Source of the DNA: Octopus sinensis | Taxonomy: Eukaryota | Assembly (NCBI RefSeq): GCF_006345805.1 | Contig: NW_021833890.1 | Location: 1 to 52,918, forward strand | DNA length: 52,918 nt | Direction of reading: 5' to 3' | In this document: one piece after another, positions 50,256-52,918 of the stretch | Numbering within the stretch: the first letter of the stretch is position 1 | Layout: each line of letters starts with the position of its first letter | The notes under the pieces: model-generated | Database searches by the model: none | Seen by the model: only the letters and a program-made list of their open reading frames with translations | What the model was told of the DNA's origin: nothing | Made by a program: the position numbers and the translations under genes

Positions 50256-50856
50256 AGCACGACGACGACGACGACCACCACCACCACACCAACAACAACA
50301 ACAACATACATACTCTCTCACTCATTGGTTGGCAACGTGTTGATGCGAGAAGAACAAAAAAATAGGGCGCCTCTAAAAGAGTGCTGCCTTGGCTCCGAGG
50401 GACGAGAATCTAACCTGACACCAGCTGGTATTGAACCCAATACATGGGGATCTAGAACGTTTGCTTTCTTAAATAAAGATAGCTATCAATTGCTACAGAT
50501 CCGACTGTCCGTCAGTAAACAATTAATTTGATAAATGTGTTTTCTTTCTGGACCTTTCTGTCGGTTGAGTAATAATCGCAACCACGGACCTTTTGAGGTT
50601 CGTTCCACTTTTTATAAACCATCAGTCATTTTGTATTGACTGAAATGGTCGAATGATTGAGGTGATTGATAGGTTCATTTCGATTTTAATTACTTTTATT
50701 GAAAGGTCCCCCCTCTCTCTCTCTATCCAATATACATACACATGTATATCTATACGCACACATATATGTGTATACATATATATACATTCATATATATATA
50801 AATATATATATATATATACAGATATATATATGTATATATACATATGTATATATATG

Positions 50857-50897
<41 letters not shown>

Positions 50898-51445
50898 AGA
50901 TTAATAGATATACATACATATATACATACACACAATGCTAATCGCCTTTGTCATATGACAAAGTTCTTTGAATGTGTGGCTGTTTGCCGCTGGTCCCTGG
51001 CCCCTGGAAATCTAGATGCTGTGTATGCATGAAAACCTTTCATCTTCACGCCATTGACGTTGTCCATGGTAAAAACCAAGGCAGAAACATCGTTGCAAGT
51101 GTCGCCTTCAGAACGGAGACAGCCGTTACAGAAGATCAACCACCTCACACTGCATTATAGATGTATTTATATCAGGGGCTACCATGTGGTATTGTTGGCA
51201 TGCTGTTTCCCTCACCCATCGTTCCATTCTCTTTTTCTCGTATGCCTCCAAGTTTTGGTAGTAGACACAAAGTGCGCCGAGGCGAACGACATGGTCGAAG
51301 TGTAAGCGTTTGTTTTGGCGATGTGAAACCCAGTACCCTGGCGATTCGTGTCCAGACAAACGTGCTAGTCCTAATGAGAGCATTCCACTTGAATATCACA
51401 AAGATATTCTGGATTTGCGATCCCAATTGGGGACGGAAGTGATCC

Positions 51446-51803
51446 TTTTTTTTTTTTGGAAGCACTCCGTTGGTTACGACGACGAGGGTTCCGGTTGATC
51501 CGATCAACGGAACAGCCTGTTCGTGAAATTAACGTGTAAGTGGCTGAGCACTCCACAGACACGTGTACCCTTAACGTAGTTCTCGGGGATATTCAGCGTG
51601 ACACAGAGGGTGACAAGGCCGGCCCTTTGAAATACAGGTACAACAGAAACAGGAAGTAAGAGTGAGAGAAAGTTGTGGTGAAAGAGTACAGCAGGGATCA
51701 CCATCATCCCTGCCGGAGCCTCGTGGAGCTTTAGGTGTTTTCGCTCAATAAACACTCACAACGCCCGGTCTGGGAATCGAAACCGCTGGGCCATTGCGCC
51801 TCC
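51446..51803 (-). mobile_element. SINE family D, young copy with poly(A) tail and a head deletion
   Basis: 13-bp TSD ACGGAAGTGATCC (51433-51445, 51804-51816); T12 run; about 34 bp of the tRNA head missing. Confidence 0.93.
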
Positions 51804-52184
51804 ACGGAAGTGATCCGAAAAGGTTGCAGAAGAGAAGACTCAGCTTTTATAAGTGTGGCAGTAACAACCATCTTCTGGAAGAATTTGAAAACAGTAAAGA
51901 AGAGGACACCGGAGTGACTAACGGATAATGCAAAAGAGTACCAAATAATATCCCTGCAGAGAGTACAGATGGCCAGTACGGCTAAGACTAAAGGACAGCC
52001 GATAAGTCCAGAAATAGGCCATTCCTTGATACTATGAGCCCTGAGATCCTCGTAAGTGGTCGAGGGTAGCATAGTGTACGGCAAGGTTGTTCCACAGAAT
52101 TAGAGATACACCCCCACATGATGAGATTCCCCAGTTTTCATTTTCCAAACTTTTCTCACTTTCTTTAATAGTTTTTCTATTGTT

Positions 52185-52590
52185 TAAGCCATTAGACTGC
52201 GCCCATGCTGGGGCACCGCATTAAAGGACTTTTAGTCGATTGACTCTATCAACCTACTTATTTTTGTTTTAAAGCCGGGTACTTATTCTATCGGAATCTT
52301 TTGCCGAACCGCTAGGTTACGGGGAAGTAAACACACCAACACCGTTGTTAAGTAGTGGTGGTGGGGGGATAAACACAGACACAAACACAAACACACATAC
52401 GAACACACACACACATACGAACACACACACACACACACACACATACGACTGTCTACGAACTCCACTCACAAGGCTTTTGTTGGCATGAAGTTATACCAGA
52501 AGACATTTGCCCAAGATGATACGAAGTGGGATTGAACTCGGAGCCATGTGGTTGAGAAGCGAGCTTCTTACCGCATAGCCATGAGTGCGC
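52185..52590 (-). mobile_element. SINE family A, full length, diverged
   Basis: Tail, (CA)n tract, body and head all recognisable. Confidence 0.8.
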
Positions 52591-52918
52591 TTATGACTAT
52601 ATGGTGACCCAAGAACAGAAAAAAACGATATCTATTCAAGTTGCCACACAAAGGTATCGAACCCGGCACTAGGTGGGTACGATGAAGGTTTTTTAAACAA
52701 TTGGCCTTAATATTTTATTGGCTTCCCACACTTGTCCTTGTGCAAGAAATTTCCCATATAGCCCTCGGTCGACCAGTGTTTTATGAGCCATTGTCTTAGA
52801 TGAAAACTGTGTGGAATCTCGTGTATAAATGTGCATGTATGTTGGTGTGTGTGTGTTTCTGCTTGTTCCGCCGCTCGGCCGCTGGTCAACGGGTGTCGGT
52901 TTATTTGCGTCTTCTTCA

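Overview
Eukaryotic, AT-rich, repeat-saturated non-coding DNA. I found no convincing host protein-coding exon, rRNA, intact tRNA gene or CRISPR array. Almost all ORFs in the track are translated microsatellites or SINEs. The repeat inventory resembles an Octopus genome; this is recognition, not a database result. The window holds about 45 copies or fragments of tRNA-derived SINEs in several families (my labels A, C, D, E, H) that swap heads, cores and tails. It has five decayed Tc1/mariner-superfamily elements, including a full-length DD37D (maT-type) and a full-length DD34D (mariner) copy with TIRs. There are two MITE-like foldbacks and a hAT MITE with a perfect 8-bp TSD. Two 5'-truncated R4/Dong-clade non-LTR retrotransposons sit in (TAA)n arrays, and an RTE-like 3' end carries three C2H2 fingers. 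Most interesting: (1) an unidentified 555-bp non-coding element (G), present as four full-length copies, always inside (TAA)n and co-oriented with neighbouring Dong elements, a candidate microsatellite-targeted non-autonomous partner of Dong; (2) several minimal Penelope-type hammerhead ribozyme motifs; (3) a 387-bp TSD-bounded unit joining a tRNA-derived head to a hammerhead-bearing Penelope-like tail with an inverted terminal arm, a candidate Penelope-mobilised SINE. SINE boundaries were read by eye and are approximate (about +/-20 bp).
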